This document shows, one piece after another, positions 17,306-27,236 of a DNA stretch of 57,593 nt. The stretch is from a virus. Its lineage: Duplodnaviria; Caudoviricetes. The stretch spans positions 1-57,593 of IMG/VR virus record IMGVR_UViG_3300033153_010811; one strand, written 5' to 3'. Position 1 is the first letter of the stretch, and every line of letters starts with the position of its first letter. Under the pieces are notes generated by a model. That model ran no database searches. It was given only the letters and a program-made list of their open reading frames with translations, and was not told the origin of the DNA. A program made the position numbers and the translations under genes.

Positions 17306-17322
17306 AGCAAATATCGTGCCAA
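17306..17322 (-). promoter_or_regulatory. sigma54 (-24/-12) promoter, leftward
   Basis: Minus strand TTGGCACGATATTTGCT matches TGGCAC-N5-TTGC. Confidence 0.75.
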
Positions 17323-17346
17323 ACGTAACATATTGAATTTGTTATA

Positions 17347-17362
17347 TGGCATGATATTTGCT
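17347..17362 (+). promoter_or_regulatory. Possible second sigma54 site, rightward
   Basis: TGGCATGATATTTGCT. Confidence 0.55.
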
Positions 17363-17373
17363 TGCATACTTTT

Positions 17374-17410
17374 TGACAAATTTTGTCAGGCGATTGACAT
17401 TAATTGTCAA
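17374..17410. promoter_or_regulatory. Tandem TGACA-N5-TGTCA palindromes (putative activator sites)
   Basis: TGACAAATTTTGTCA and TTGACATTAATTGTCAA, 21 bp apart. Confidence 0.6.
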
Positions 17411-17822
17411 TTACAAGCCATATTTTTGAATCCGGTTTTTCTCTCCTTATTCCAGTCATACCGTTTGCATTTAGGGCAGGCTTTAGGTTGTTTAGTTCGT
17501 GAAATCCAAATATGGCCACATTGTTTACATTGACATTTCATGGCATTACCTCCTTTTTATTAGGGTTATATTAATATAATCATAATAAATAATATTGTCA
17601 AGAAAATAATAATCACAGAAAAGAACCCTTGACAGCCATAATTGTGCTATGATATGCGATAAGCACAAGATATGGTATCGAGGTGAATTATCCTGATACG
17701 GGTTCCGAAGATAATCCTGGCAGCCCCGGTTGGAAAAAGCACCAGGAATTAAGGATAAACAGCCGGCCGGATCACGTCGCGGGTGATACTGGATACTCAA
17801 TCGAGCAATAACAACAAAGAAA

Positions 17823-18269
17823 ATGAAACGTAAAATAGAATTCACGCAAAAACAGATTAATCAAGTGGAAGCATTGGCTTCTGTCTTAACCATCGAACAG
17901 ATATCAGAATATTTTGGTATTTCCTACGTTACCTTTGGGCGTTTGAGAAAAGATAATGAAGCAATTGATATTGCCTACAAAAAAGGCAAGGCAAGGGCTA
18001 TTCGCACTGTGGCTGAAGGATTACTGGATAAGGCTAAAGCAGGAAATTTGTCAGCCATTATTTTCTATTTGAAAACGCAGGCAGGATGGAGGGAAACAAA
18101 CCGCACTGAATTTACAGGACCAGATGGAAAACCTATCGAGGCAAATCTGAGTAGCAAGAAAAAAATCACGATGGACCTGTCTGATAGGACTACAGAGGAA
18201 TTGCTGGCCATCCATGCAGGATTGAAAATAGTAAAAGAGGCTATAGGTGATACAATCACAGAAAAATAA
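17823..18269 (+). CDS. terS: Terminase small subunit
   Basis: N-terminal HTH; AIIFYLKTQAGWRE..E.TGPDGKPI; directly upstream of TerL. Confidence 0.8.
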   Translation: MKRKIEFTQKQINQVEALASVLTIEQISEYFGISYVTFGRLRKDNEAIDIAYKKGKARAIRTVAEGLLDKAKAGNLSAIIFYLKTQAGWRETNRTEFTGPDGKPIEANLSSKKKITMDLSDRTTEELLAIHAGLKIVKEAIGDTITEK

Positions 18270-19806
18270 TAATCAATACAATGATTCTACACTTTTACGA
18301 CGAACCAAATTCACTATTCCTGAAACATATCTTTCTATGATAACCCCTCTCTATAGTCAAACTACTGCTATTCTATGTCGTCGTTCTCTATATTATTTCA
18401 TGCAGGAATTCTGGGATGAAGTGTCTAATGATGTGTTTCAACCAAATTGGCATCTCAAGTTGTTTTGTGATGAATTGCAAACCATAGCAGAAAGGGTGGC
18501 CCAAAATAAACCAAAAAAATATGATTTGATAGTTAATGTTCCTCCGGGAACAACCAAAACAACTACATTCATGATAATGTTTCCGGTATGGTGCTGGTTG
18601 AATTGGTACTGGATGAGATTCATAACAGCATCTTACTCCGCTGCCCTGTCGTTAGAGTCCGCGGAATACAGCAGGGATGTAATACGATCTACGAAATTTA
18701 CTAATGTTTTCAAAGAATTATCAATAAAGCAGGATAAGGATACCAAATCAAATTTTAAGATTATAAAAGAATTGCCTGATAATACTATAAAACTGGGTGG
18801 TAATAGATACAGTACATCAGTAGGAGGGACCCTGACAGGCTTCCATGGTCATATATTGTTAGTGGACGATCCCCTCGATCCAAACAAAGCCGTAAGTGAA
18901 GTGGAAATAGCAAACGCAAACAGATGGATTGATCAGACTTTATCAACCCGGAAGATCGACAAGACAATTACTCCTACCATTATGATTATGCAAAGACTCC
19001 ATGAGAATGATCCATCAGGGCATTTACTTGCGAAACAGAAAACCAATCTCAAACACATCAGTTTACCCGGGGAAATTCGTAATTATAGGAAAAGTCTGAA
19101 ACCGGATAGTTTTGCAAAAAACTATGTGGATGATTTGTTGGACCCGGAACGTATGAGTTGGAATGTATTAAAAGAAATGGAAGCAGATCTGGGACAGTAT
19201 GGTTATGCAGGACAGGTTGGGCAATCCCCTACACCGCCTGAAGGCGGGATGTTTAAAGTGGCTATGCTTTCCATAGTGGAGAACCTCCCGGCGCCTACTA
19301 ATCTTACCGGGATGGTGCGCGCATGGGATAAAGCAGGAACTTTTGGCGGAGGCGCATACACGGTAGGATTGAAATTATACCGTTACTCCTCTGGAAGATA
19401 TATTATTGTGGATATCATTCGTGGGCAGTGGAGCAGTGAGGAACGGGAGAACATCATTCGTACTACGGCAGAAACTGATGGAAAAGATGTTTCTATTGTT
19501 ATTGAACAAGAACCGGGATCAGGCGGGAAAGAGTCAGCAGAGGCTACAATAAGAAATTTGGCAGGGTTTAATTCTTTGGCAGAGCGTCCTACCGGGGATA
19601 AGGCATTTCGGGCTGACCCTGTAAGCGTACAAGTTAATAATGGGAACGTCAGTATGTTACGAGGGGATTGGAATTTTACTTTTACAGAAGAATTACGAAA
19701 TTTTCCATTTAGTACATATAAAGATCAAACAGATGCTTTTTCCATGGCTTTTCATTATTTGACTAAGAAAAAACGGGCGAGGATGCTTTTTAGTAAAAAT
19801 AGATGA
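18247..19806 (+). CDS. terL: Terminase large subunit
   Basis: NVPPGTTKT Walker A, LLVDDP Walker B, QRLHEND, AWDKA, DQTDAFS nuclease motifs. Confidence 0.95.
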   Translation: MIQSQKNNNQYNDSTLLRRTKFTIPETYLSMITPLYSQTTAILCRRSLYYFMQEFWDEVSNDVFQPNWHLKLFCDELQTIAERVAQNKPKKYDLIVNVPPGTTKTTTFMIMFPVWCWLNWYWMRFITASYSAALSLESAEYSRDVIRSTKFTNVFKELSIKQDKDTKSNFKIIKELPDNTIKLGGNRYSTSVGGTLTGFHGHILLVDDPLDPNKAVSEVEIANANRWIDQTLSTRKIDKTITPTIMIMQRLHENDPSGHLLAKQKTNLKHISLPGEIRNYRKSLKPDSFAKNYVDDLLDPERMSWNVLKEMEADLGQYGYAGQVGQSPTPPEGGMFKVAMLSIVENLPAPTNLTGMVRAWDKAGTFGGGAYTVGLKLYRYSSGRYIIVDIIRGQWSSEERENIIRTTAETDGKDVSIVIEQEPGSGGKESAEATIRNLAGFNSLAERPTGDKAFRADPVSVQVNNGNVSMLRGDWNFTFTEELRNFPFSTYKDQTDAFSMAFHYLTKKKRARMLFSKNR

Positions 19807-19831
19807 CCATAGAAAAAGAAGCGGTTGAATC

Positions 19832-21196
19832 ATGACTAAAAAAAGAGACAAAGAATTACAACTACAGGTAAATCGGATCAAGGTTCTTTCTGAGTTAGTG
19901 TCCAGGGCAAAACTTGCTGGAAGATTGGGACAGCAGTATGGAACTGATCGGGATATCTATGAAGCGTTAGGATATCCACTCACGCTTTCTTACAAAGATT
20001 TCATAGCTCGTTACATTCGACAGGACATTGCCCGCGCCGTGATCGATAAACCAGTGGATGCTTCCTGGCATGGTGGATGTCTTATTCAAGAATCTACAGA
20101 AGAAGACACGCCATTGGAAAAAGCCTGGAAAGCTTTGATTCAAAGAGAAGATTTGAATGTTTTAAGCAAACTGAATCGATTGGATAAACTTGTGGGAATA
20201 GGAGAATACGCTGTTCTGTTATTTGGATTAGGAGATATATCAAACAGGGAACAATTCGTTCTACCAGCAGCAAAAGCTTCTCAGCTGGTGTATTTACGAC
20301 CTTTAGGAGAAGATAGTGTTTCTATTGTTCAGTGGGAGGATGATACTTCTAATCCGCGGTATGGGCTTCCTGTGATATACGAATTAAAATTGTTTCAAGC
20401 TGCTTCAGACACAACAGTTACATTACGCGTGCATTATTCTCGCATTCTTCATGTCGCAGGAGAGCTTCTGGAAGGAACAGTTAAAGGCTCTTCTCGGTTA
20501 CTACCTATATATAATAGGTTATTTGATTTGGAAAAACTGGTAGGCGCATCTGCTGAGATGTTCTGGCGAGGAGCAAGACCCGGGTACAAGGGGAAGGTGG
20601 ATAAGGATTACATATTGACTTCTGATGAAAAGGAGGATTTCCGAAATCAGTTGGATGAATATGAGCACAACTTGCGAAGATTCTTGATCAGCACCGGAAT
20701 AGATTTATCTGCCCTGGAAACACAAGTAGCTGATCCAGGTAAACATGTTGATGTTCAGATCCAAATGATAAGTGCTCAAACAGGAATACCAAAACGGATA
20801 CTAACAGGGAGTGAAAGAGGAGAACTCGCCAGCACGCAAGATATTGCTTCATGGTATTCTTTGATACAAGGAAGAAGAGAAGATTATATCGAAGGAACTA
20901 TTCTGCGGCCATTTATTCGGAAATGCCAAGAATTTGGCATTCTTCCTCCTGTGAAAAGCGAAGAAGATGGTTTCTCTATAATTTGGAAACCAGTTTTTGA
21001 AAAATCAGATAAGGAGAAAGCCGAAGTTGGAGAAATAAGAGCCAAAGCACTCAATCAATACGCGGCGCAGCCTATGGCTGAGTCGATTGTTCCACCAGAA
21101 GCTTTTTATAAATACTTCTTAGGATTTGATCAGGATCAAATTGACATGATCACAGTGATGCAAGAATCTGCGATAAAGAAAGAAGAAGAAGCATGA
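19832..21196 (+). CDS. Portal protein (DUF1073-like)
   Basis: Position after TerL; VHYSRILH, SAQTGIPKRILTG motifs. Confidence 0.85.
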   Translation: MTKKRDKELQLQVNRIKVLSELVSRAKLAGRLGQQYGTDRDIYEALGYPLTLSYKDFIARYIRQDIARAVIDKPVDASWHGGCLIQESTEEDTPLEKAWKALIQREDLNVLSKLNRLDKLVGIGEYAVLLFGLGDISNREQFVLPAAKASQLVYLRPLGEDSVSIVQWEDDTSNPRYGLPVIYELKLFQAASDTTVTLRVHYSRILHVAGELLEGTVKGSSRLLPIYNRLFDLEKLVGASAEMFWRGARPGYKGKVDKDYILTSDEKEDFRNQLDEYEHNLRRFLISTGIDLSALETQVADPGKHVDVQIQMISAQTGIPKRILTGSERGELASTQDIASWYSLIQGRREDYIEGTILRPFIRKCQEFGILPPVKSEEDGFSIIWKPVFEKSDKEKAEVGEIRAKALNQYAAQPMAESIVPPEAFYKYFLGFDQDQIDMITVMQESAIKKEEEA

Positions 21197-21927
21197 CATT
21201 GTCCAGCAAGATAACAGAAGTACAGCATCGTATCGGATTATCTACAGATGATAAACCTTCAGGAATGGCCCCTGGGTCTACCATCTATGAATATGATACT
21301 GGGCGGATGATGGAAACCTACGATGGGACAAACTGGGTAGAGAAGTCTAACCCCGGAGTTCCTATCAAAGGGTATCGGTTGTCTGATGAAACATATCAAT
21401 TTTTACGTTTAAGTGCATGTTATAATTCTTTGATAGTTTCTTTGGAGGAATGTACCAAAATTGTAGAAGGAAAGGATTATTATTATCACGATGTTCTCGA
21501 GCCTCTTGGTGCCAGTGCTTCCCAAGATTACTTATTAACTACGCCAAATTCGGATTTGAATATTCACTTTGATTTAATCGCTGTATTTGGTGACGGGGCC
21601 GGATCTCTTGAAGTATATGAAGGTGGTGATAGAATAGGCAGCGTCCTCCAAACAATAATAAATAGGAATCGGAATTCTTCAAACAACACTATAGTTACAA
21701 TTCATAAAGGACAAAGTGGTGGATCAAGTGATGGCACCAGGATGTATTGGAAACGAACAGGCAAGAATGGTGGCAATACAAAATTTGATGTTGGTGGAGA
21801 CGCAGGAGCGGCAAAGTATAGAATATTAAAGAAGAATACTAAATATATCATTCGTGTTACTGATAAATCAGCGACAGAAAATAATGTATCTCTGGAAATG
21901 CGTCTAGTCGAATTTGATCAAGCATAA
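21193..21927 (+). CDS. Hypothetical beta-rich protein (possibly virion)
   Basis: Coupled ORF in head module. Confidence 0.65.
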   Translation: MTLSSKITEVQHRIGLSTDDKPSGMAPGSTIYEYDTGRMMETYDGTNWVEKSNPGVPIKGYRLSDETYQFLRLSACYNSLIVSLEECTKIVEGKDYYYHDVLEPLGASASQDYLLTTPNSDLNIHFDLIAVFGDGAGSLEVYEGGDRIGSVLQTIINRNRNSSNNTIVTIHKGQSGGSSDGTRMYWKRTGKNGGNTKFDVGGDAGAAKYRILKKNTKYIIRVTDKSATENNVSLEMRLVEFDQA

Positions 21928-21941
21928 GGATAACATGTAAC

Positions 21942-22973
21942 ATGAGGTTGCTGGCCAGGAAGATAGAAACAATTATTATTCAGAAAAAGAAAGCAAAAGC
22001 TATTTCGCGGTATGATCCAACAAGGACAACGCATCTGCGAAATGCCTTTGTTCGTGACTTGAATATACGGTTCCGGGCGTTGAGAGGTATAATTCGTAGA
22101 GCCATCATAGAGCAAGATTGTTTTGGTATGCTGGATAAAGAGTTTAAGGTGGTAACGCTGGCGGCTTCTGATTTTTCGCTCCCGGGCAGAAAGGCGTTTG
22201 CGTTTCCTCGATCTGAAGAGAAAGTCAATGCTTTCATGAATTGGTTACAAGAGCAGGAAGCGAAAGGGGTCCTTGAAGTAGGAACAATACAACAAATAGG
22301 CGCGCCTGTTGAGGCTGCATGGATAAATAAATACATCAAGGATTCATATCAAAGAGGAATACAACGAGCACGGGCAGAGATGAGAGGAGCAGGGTATGAA
22401 GTACCCACTCTTTCAGAAACTGGGGGTATTACAGCTTCGATGGCTACTCCTTTCCACATGGATCGTGTAGGAACTTTATATGGCCGTGTTTTCCAAGAAC
22501 TTAAAGGTATTACGAGCCAAATGGATACTCAGATTAGCCGAGTACTCTCCCAGGGTATTGCTGATGGAAAACATCCATTAGAACTTGCTAGATTATTAAC
22601 CAAAACAATATCCGGGCCAGTGGGGGATCTTGGAATAACAGATACACTAGGGAGGTTTATTCCAGCAGAAAGGAGAGCACAAACTTTAGCAAGAACCGAA
22701 ATAATTCGAGCGCACCATCAGGCTAACATACAAGAAATGAAAAATTGGGCTGTAGAAGGAGTTGAAGTTAAGGCAGAATGGGTAACAGCTGGATACAACG
22801 TTTGTGATTTGTGCGCGGCATTGGAAGGAAAAGTTTATGACTTGGATGAAATGATGAATATGTTGCCATATCACCCGAATTGCAGATGTTGTGCAATCCC
22901 CGTGAAGAAGAAGGAGAAAATATCTGCAGAAAATATTGAAGAACAGTATAAAAAATCTGTTAGGAGAAAGTAA
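21942..22973 (+). CDS. Head morphogenesis protein (SPP1 gp7/Mu F-like)
   Basis: RAQTLARTE, VCDLC, PYHPNCRC. Confidence 0.9.
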   Translation: MRLLARKIETIIIQKKKAKAISRYDPTRTTHLRNAFVRDLNIRFRALRGIIRRAIIEQDCFGMLDKEFKVVTLAASDFSLPGRKAFAFPRSEEKVNAFMNWLQEQEAKGVLEVGTIQQIGAPVEAAWINKYIKDSYQRGIQRARAEMRGAGYEVPTLSETGGITASMATPFHMDRVGTLYGRVFQELKGITSQMDTQISRVLSQGIADGKHPLELARLLTKTISGPVGDLGITDTLGRFIPAERRAQTLARTEIIRAHHQANIQEMKNWAVEGVEVKAEWVTAGYNVCDLCAALEGKVYDLDEMMNMLPYHPNCRCCAIPVKKKEKISAENIEEQYKKSVRRK

Positions 22974-22975
22974 AA

Positions 22976-24529
22976 ATGCCATTACCAAAACCACGTAAAG
23001 GTGAAGAGCGAGACGCTTTCATTTCTAGATGTATGGGAGATGACTTGATGAATAAGGAATACCCTGATAATAAACAGCGAGCCGCAGTATGTTACAATCA
23101 ATGGAGGGCTAAGTTGAAAAATCAGCAATATAAGGTATTGACAACTAACAATTATGTAATTCGGACTGAGACACATCAAGGGAGGAAACATCTTGTTGTT
23201 CCAGTGGTTATGATGGTAGAAGGGGTTCATAACGGCAGTGCAGGGCCTTTGCTCCATACTCAGGATGAGTTAGGCAAGTTCCCCGCTGCGTGGAATGGAA
23301 TTCCGGTAGTAATAGGCCACCCGGAAGAGAATGGACAGCTAATATCTGCCAACTCTCCAAAAGTCATTGATCAATCAGTGATTGGCCGGGTATATAATAG
23401 CAGAATGGAGGATGCAAAGTTGAAAGGTGAGGTCTGGGCTGATGTGGAAAAGCTGAAACAAACATCTCCATTAGCATATGCTTACATCATGCAACAAAAG
23501 CCATTGGATGTTAGTGTTGGCGTATTTTCGGATGATGAAACTACTTCCGGTGAGTGGGATGGAAAAGATTATGTGGCTATTGCACGAAATTATCGACCAG
23601 ATCATCTTGCTTTGTTACCAGAGGGAACTGGAGCTTGTAGTTGGTTAGATGGTTGTGGTGTGCGGGTAAATACAGAAGGGCTTTTAGAGGCAGTGAATCT
23701 GGTAAAGGATAAACTTTATTCTTTAGACAGTAATACGAATTCATATTATCTTGAAGAAGTTTATGATGATGGTATTTTTATCTACAAGAAGAGTGGAAAT
23801 GGTAAGGAGAAATATTACAGAGGAACATATCAAATCAAAGACGGGGAGGTGCAATTTGGCAATGATGAAGAAGAAGTGACAAAGGAAGTAAAGTACAAAA
23901 AAGTGATAACTATGCAAGAAACTAAAAACAACAGAGGAGGTATTGTAATGAACAAGGTAAAAGAACTTCTGACCACTGCTCCTTCGATATACACCGAAGA
24001 TGATAATGAGTGGTTAGAAAAATTGGAAGAGGAGCAACTTGATAAGTTGATTACTTGTGCGAAAACAAGTGCAGAAGCAACCGCTGCGAAGGATGCTGTA
24101 GAAGAGGAAAAGGTGAAAGCAAATGAAAGAATCATTGCTTTAGAAAGTGAAGTCACAGAATTAAAAAAAGGTACTCTCCAGATAAATGAGGAGGCGGCCA
24201 TGAAAATTCTGAAGGAGAAGATTTCCGATATGAAGACTTTTGGAGAGCTTCTACCGGATGAATTCAAAAAGCAGTTTGAATATGGGCAGAAGCTATATAC
24301 TGCGCACAGACAGGAGTTGATTCAGCATATTTTGGACAATCAGGCGGAGAAAGTATGGGATGAAGAGTCTCTGAAGAAAAAGGATGATGATGATCTGCAG
24401 AAAACAGCGGAAGCTATTAAGAAACCTGTTGATTATTCCGCTTCAGGTGGAGGAGCAGCCAGTGGATTTTTCGTAAATACCAATGAGGAAATTCTTCTCC
24501 CGCCGGGAGTTGAAACAGAAAAAAAATAA
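22976..24529 (+). CDS. DUF2213-like prohead protease/scaffold
   Basis: PVVIGHP, VSVG, DHLALL..GAC; acidic coiled-coil C-terminus. Confidence 0.8.
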   Translation: MPLPKPRKGEERDAFISRCMGDDLMNKEYPDNKQRAAVCYNQWRAKLKNQQYKVLTTNNYVIRTETHQGRKHLVVPVVMMVEGVHNGSAGPLLHTQDELGKFPAAWNGIPVVIGHPEENGQLISANSPKVIDQSVIGRVYNSRMEDAKLKGEVWADVEKLKQTSPLAYAYIMQQKPLDVSVGVFSDDETTSGEWDGKDYVAIARNYRPDHLALLPEGTGACSWLDGCGVRVNTEGLLEAVNLVKDKLYSLDSNTNSYYLEEVYDDGIFIYKKSGNGKEKYYRGTYQIKDGEVQFGNDEEEVTKEVKYKKVITMQETKNNRGGIVMNKVKELLTTAPSIYTEDDNEWLEKLEEEQLDKLITCAKTSAEATAAKDAVEEEKVKANERIIALESEVTELKKGTLQINEEAAMKILKEKISDMKTFGELLPDEFKKQFEYGQKLYTAHRQELIQHILDNQAEKVWDEESLKKKDDDDLQKTAEAIKKPVDYSASGGGAASGFFVNTNEEILLPPGVETEKK

Positions 24530-24549
24530 CGATAAAGGAGGTTTAAACA

Positions 24550-25008
24550 ATGGCGTATAACACGATTAAGTTGAAGAAATACTCTGATATTGTCGAAGAG
24601 TATGAGGCAGCAGGAACAATCACCCCTGGGATGCTGGTTGAGATGACCAGCGCAGGCAAGGCTCAGGCACATTCCAGCGCAGGACAGTTTGCAGAAAAAA
24701 TATTTGCTCTTGAAAATGAATTAGAGGGCGGGGGAATTGATGATGACTATGCATCTGGTGAACAGGTGCAATGCTGGATTGCCCGTAGAGGCGCTCAGGC
24801 ATACGCCCTTCTTGCTGATGGTGAGAATGTAGTATTTGGTGATATTTTGGAATCACACGGGGATGGTTATCTGCAGAAGGCGGACGCAGAAGCCGCAGGA
24901 AGCGCTACATATCCAGATTCCGTCGTTGGCATAGCACTTGAAGCTGTGGATATGTCAGGTTCTTCTGGTGAGGACCCGAGTGGTAGAATTATAATCAGAG
25001 TTGTATAA
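24550..25008 (+). CDS. Head decoration/capsid-associated protein
   Basis: Position between scaffold and capsid; small beta-rich protein. Confidence 0.65.
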   Translation: MAYNTIKLKKYSDIVEEYEAAGTITPGMLVEMTSAGKAQAHSSAGQFAEKIFALENELEGGGIDDDYASGEQVQCWIARRGAQAYALLADGENVVFGDILESHGDGYLQKADAEAAGSATYPDSVVGIALEAVDMSGSSGEDPSGRIIIRVV

Positions 25009-25034
25009 AATTGAAGTAAGGAGGTAAATGACAA

Positions 25035-26126
25035 ATGATTGATGTAATATTAGGAAATGGACAAGCGCATGGTGATGTGGCGGCATATATGGCAGGAGAA
25101 GGAAGATTGAATCCTGGTAATATGCGCCCGTGGCTTGGGAAAGATGGACGAGCTTATGTTACCGTGTATACAGGTGGGGATTCGAAGAATCCCAAGAATT
25201 ATAAGGCTGTTCAGGTAAATGCAGCCACATTACGTCGAGATGAGTGGAAAACTCTGGATGAAGCCATCCTTAAAGTGAGCGAAACTCGTTTGAGTGGTAT
25301 TGCAGATCTTATTGCAAATGGTCTAACGTACGATCTCGGCAATGCGATGGGTACTACGGTGCTTGAATGGCACGATGTATCAAATGCTATGGAAGCTGAT
25401 TTGACGATGGATGGAGTTTCCCGGGGTAGAGGGGACCGCCCTGTTTATCAGACCAATTATCTTCCGATTCCTATAATCCATGTTGATTATGAAATCAATG
25501 CGAGGGTACTTGAGGCCAGTAGGAAATTAGGTAATCCTTTGGACACCACTTCCGCTGAAAGAGCTGCGCGTAAAGTGAATGAGAAATTGGAGGAGATGTT
25601 GTTCACTGATGTTGATTATGCCTGGGGAACTAAGGATGATAGATCCAGGAATAAGATTTACTCATATCTTAACTACCCGGATATTAACAGCGTGACTCTC
25701 AGCGCAAACTGGGATGCTTCTGGGAAAACGGCGGCTCAGATCCTGACAGATGTTTTGGATATGAAACAAGCCAGTATTGATGCGAAGCATTATGGTCCCT
25801 GGATGTTGTACATTCCAACAGCGTATGAAACTGTACTGGATGAGGATTATGATACCACAACTCCAGGAACTACCATCAGGGAAAGAATCCTTAAGATTGG
25901 TGGTATCAAGGATGTTAAAGTAATTGATACTCTCACAGCGAATAATGTTCTTCTCGTACAAATGACAAGCGATGTTGTCAGACTGGTAAGAGGATTGCCT
26001 ATTCAGAATGTTGAATGGCAGACAGAAGGCAAGTTCATCACAAAATACAAAGTATTAACCATTCAAGTTCCTCAGATTCGTTCTGATCAGGATGGAAATT
26101 GTGGTATTGTATTACTTGCTGCATAG
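25035..26126 (+). CDS. Major capsid protein (HK97 fold, encapsulin-like)
   Basis: Size and position; PIPIIHVDY, HYGPWMLY motifs. Confidence 0.85.
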   Translation: MIDVILGNGQAHGDVAAYMAGEGRLNPGNMRPWLGKDGRAYVTVYTGGDSKNPKNYKAVQVNAATLRRDEWKTLDEAILKVSETRLSGIADLIANGLTYDLGNAMGTTVLEWHDVSNAMEADLTMDGVSRGRGDRPVYQTNYLPIPIIHVDYEINARVLEASRKLGNPLDTTSAERAARKVNEKLEEMLFTDVDYAWGTKDDRSRNKIYSYLNYPDINSVTLSANWDASGKTAAQILTDVLDMKQASIDAKHYGPWMLYIPTAYETVLDEDYDTTTPGTTIRERILKIGGIKDVKVIDTLTANNVLLVQMTSDVVRLVRGLPIQNVEWQTEGKFITKYKVLTIQVPQIRSDQDGNCGIVLLAA

Positions 26127-26145
26127 GCCATGATAAAGATAGGCC

Positions 26146-26526
26146 ATGATAAAGGGGAATGGAATGAATGAAAGTAAAGAAATACAATGGCGAAAAATAG
26201 GTGGGGGCTCCCTCCGGTACATTCGCGGTAAAATTATAAAACCAAATGAGATTTTTACCGCGCGACCGGAGGAAGTTCCACTTTCCTTTCGTAAACACGT
26301 AGTGGCATTAGAAGATATTCCAGAGACAGTAGTTGAACCTGTACAGCCTTTTACAGCCCGCCGGAGAGAACCTTCTTTGGAAGAAGGAGAGAAAGAAGCA
26401 TACAAAGTTCAAAAACGTTCTGCTGGTTGGTGGGATGTTGTTAATTCTGTATCAGGAAAAGTAATCAATGAAAAAGGACTTCGAGAAAAAGCCGCGAAAC
26501 AATTAGTGGAAGAATTAAATACATGA
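26146..26526 (+). CDS. Hypothetical head-module protein
   Basis: N-terminal WRKIGGGSLR domain shared with 27226..29343. Confidence 0.7.
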   Translation: MIKGNGMNESKEIQWRKIGGGSLRYIRGKIIKPNEIFTARPEEVPLSFRKHVVALEDIPETVVEPVQPFTARRREPSLEEGEKEAYKVQKRSAGWWDVVNSVSGKVINEKGLREKAAKQLVEELNT

Positions 26527-27236
26527 TTTGGACAGTTCCTCGATTGTGGGAAGGGGCTACATGTTGGATTATTGGAGGTGGTACTTCTGTACCTTTGCAG
26601 TTTGGAGTTCCTCAAGAGGTGATACGGAAAGTATATGAAGGACGGATTTTTCCTTCTGCTTATTCTGATTATATGTATCCACTCCATAATCAGCATGTGA
26701 TTGGTATTAATAATGCCTATCAGTTAGGAACATGGATTGATATTTTGTTTTTTGGAGATAGTCACTGGTATTTATTACATCGAAAGAAACTGGCAACCTG
26801 GCCAGGATTAAAGGTATGTTGTGATCAGAAATTTGCGAACCGGCCACAAAATAAAATGGAAGGAATTAAATTTCTTGAACGTGATAAAGCAAAAAGAGAA
26901 GGAATAACTTCTGATCCTTCAAAAGTATCCTGGAATGCAAATTCAGGCGCAGCGGCTATCAGTTTGGCTCATCATTTGGGAGTGCGGAGAATAAATCTAT
27001 TGGGATTTGATATGACTATGGACGAAAAAAAATCATACAGCCACTGGCATGGTTCCCATCTACCACCGGGACAGCGGGCAAAAAGGAGTCCTCCATTCCA
27101 GAGACATTTGAAAGCATTTCCTGCAATAGCACAAGACGCAGAAAAATTGGGAATAGAAATATACAATCTCAGTCCCGTTAGTAAAATTGATTGTTTTCCA
27201 AAAATTACATTGGAGGAAGCATTGAATGGATTGTGA
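26523..27236 (+). CDS. Sialyltransferase-/DUF115-like glycan-modifying enzyme
   Basis: IIGGGTS, IGINNAY, NSGAAAISLA..LG...I.LLGFDM. Confidence 0.65.
   Translation: MIWTVPRLWEGATCWIIGGGTSVPLQFGVPQEVIRKVYEGRIFPSAYSDYMYPLHNQHVIGINNAYQLGTWIDILFFGDSHWYLLHRKKLATWPGLKVCCDQKFANRPQNKMEGIKFLERDKAKREGITSDPSKVSWNANSGAAAISLAHHLGVRRINLLGFDMTMDEKKSYSHWHGSHLPPGQRAKRSPPFQRHLKAFPAIAQDAEKLGIEIYNLSPVSKIDCFPKITLEEALNGL

Noticed and set aside
17686-17758. Nested stems upstream of terS as a ribozyme or riboswitch
   Set aside because: Short stems only; no complete catalytic or aptamer consensus recognised
26123-26154. 16-bp tandem duplication ATAGGCCATGATAAAG after the capsid gene
   Set aside because: Simple local duplication with no evident function
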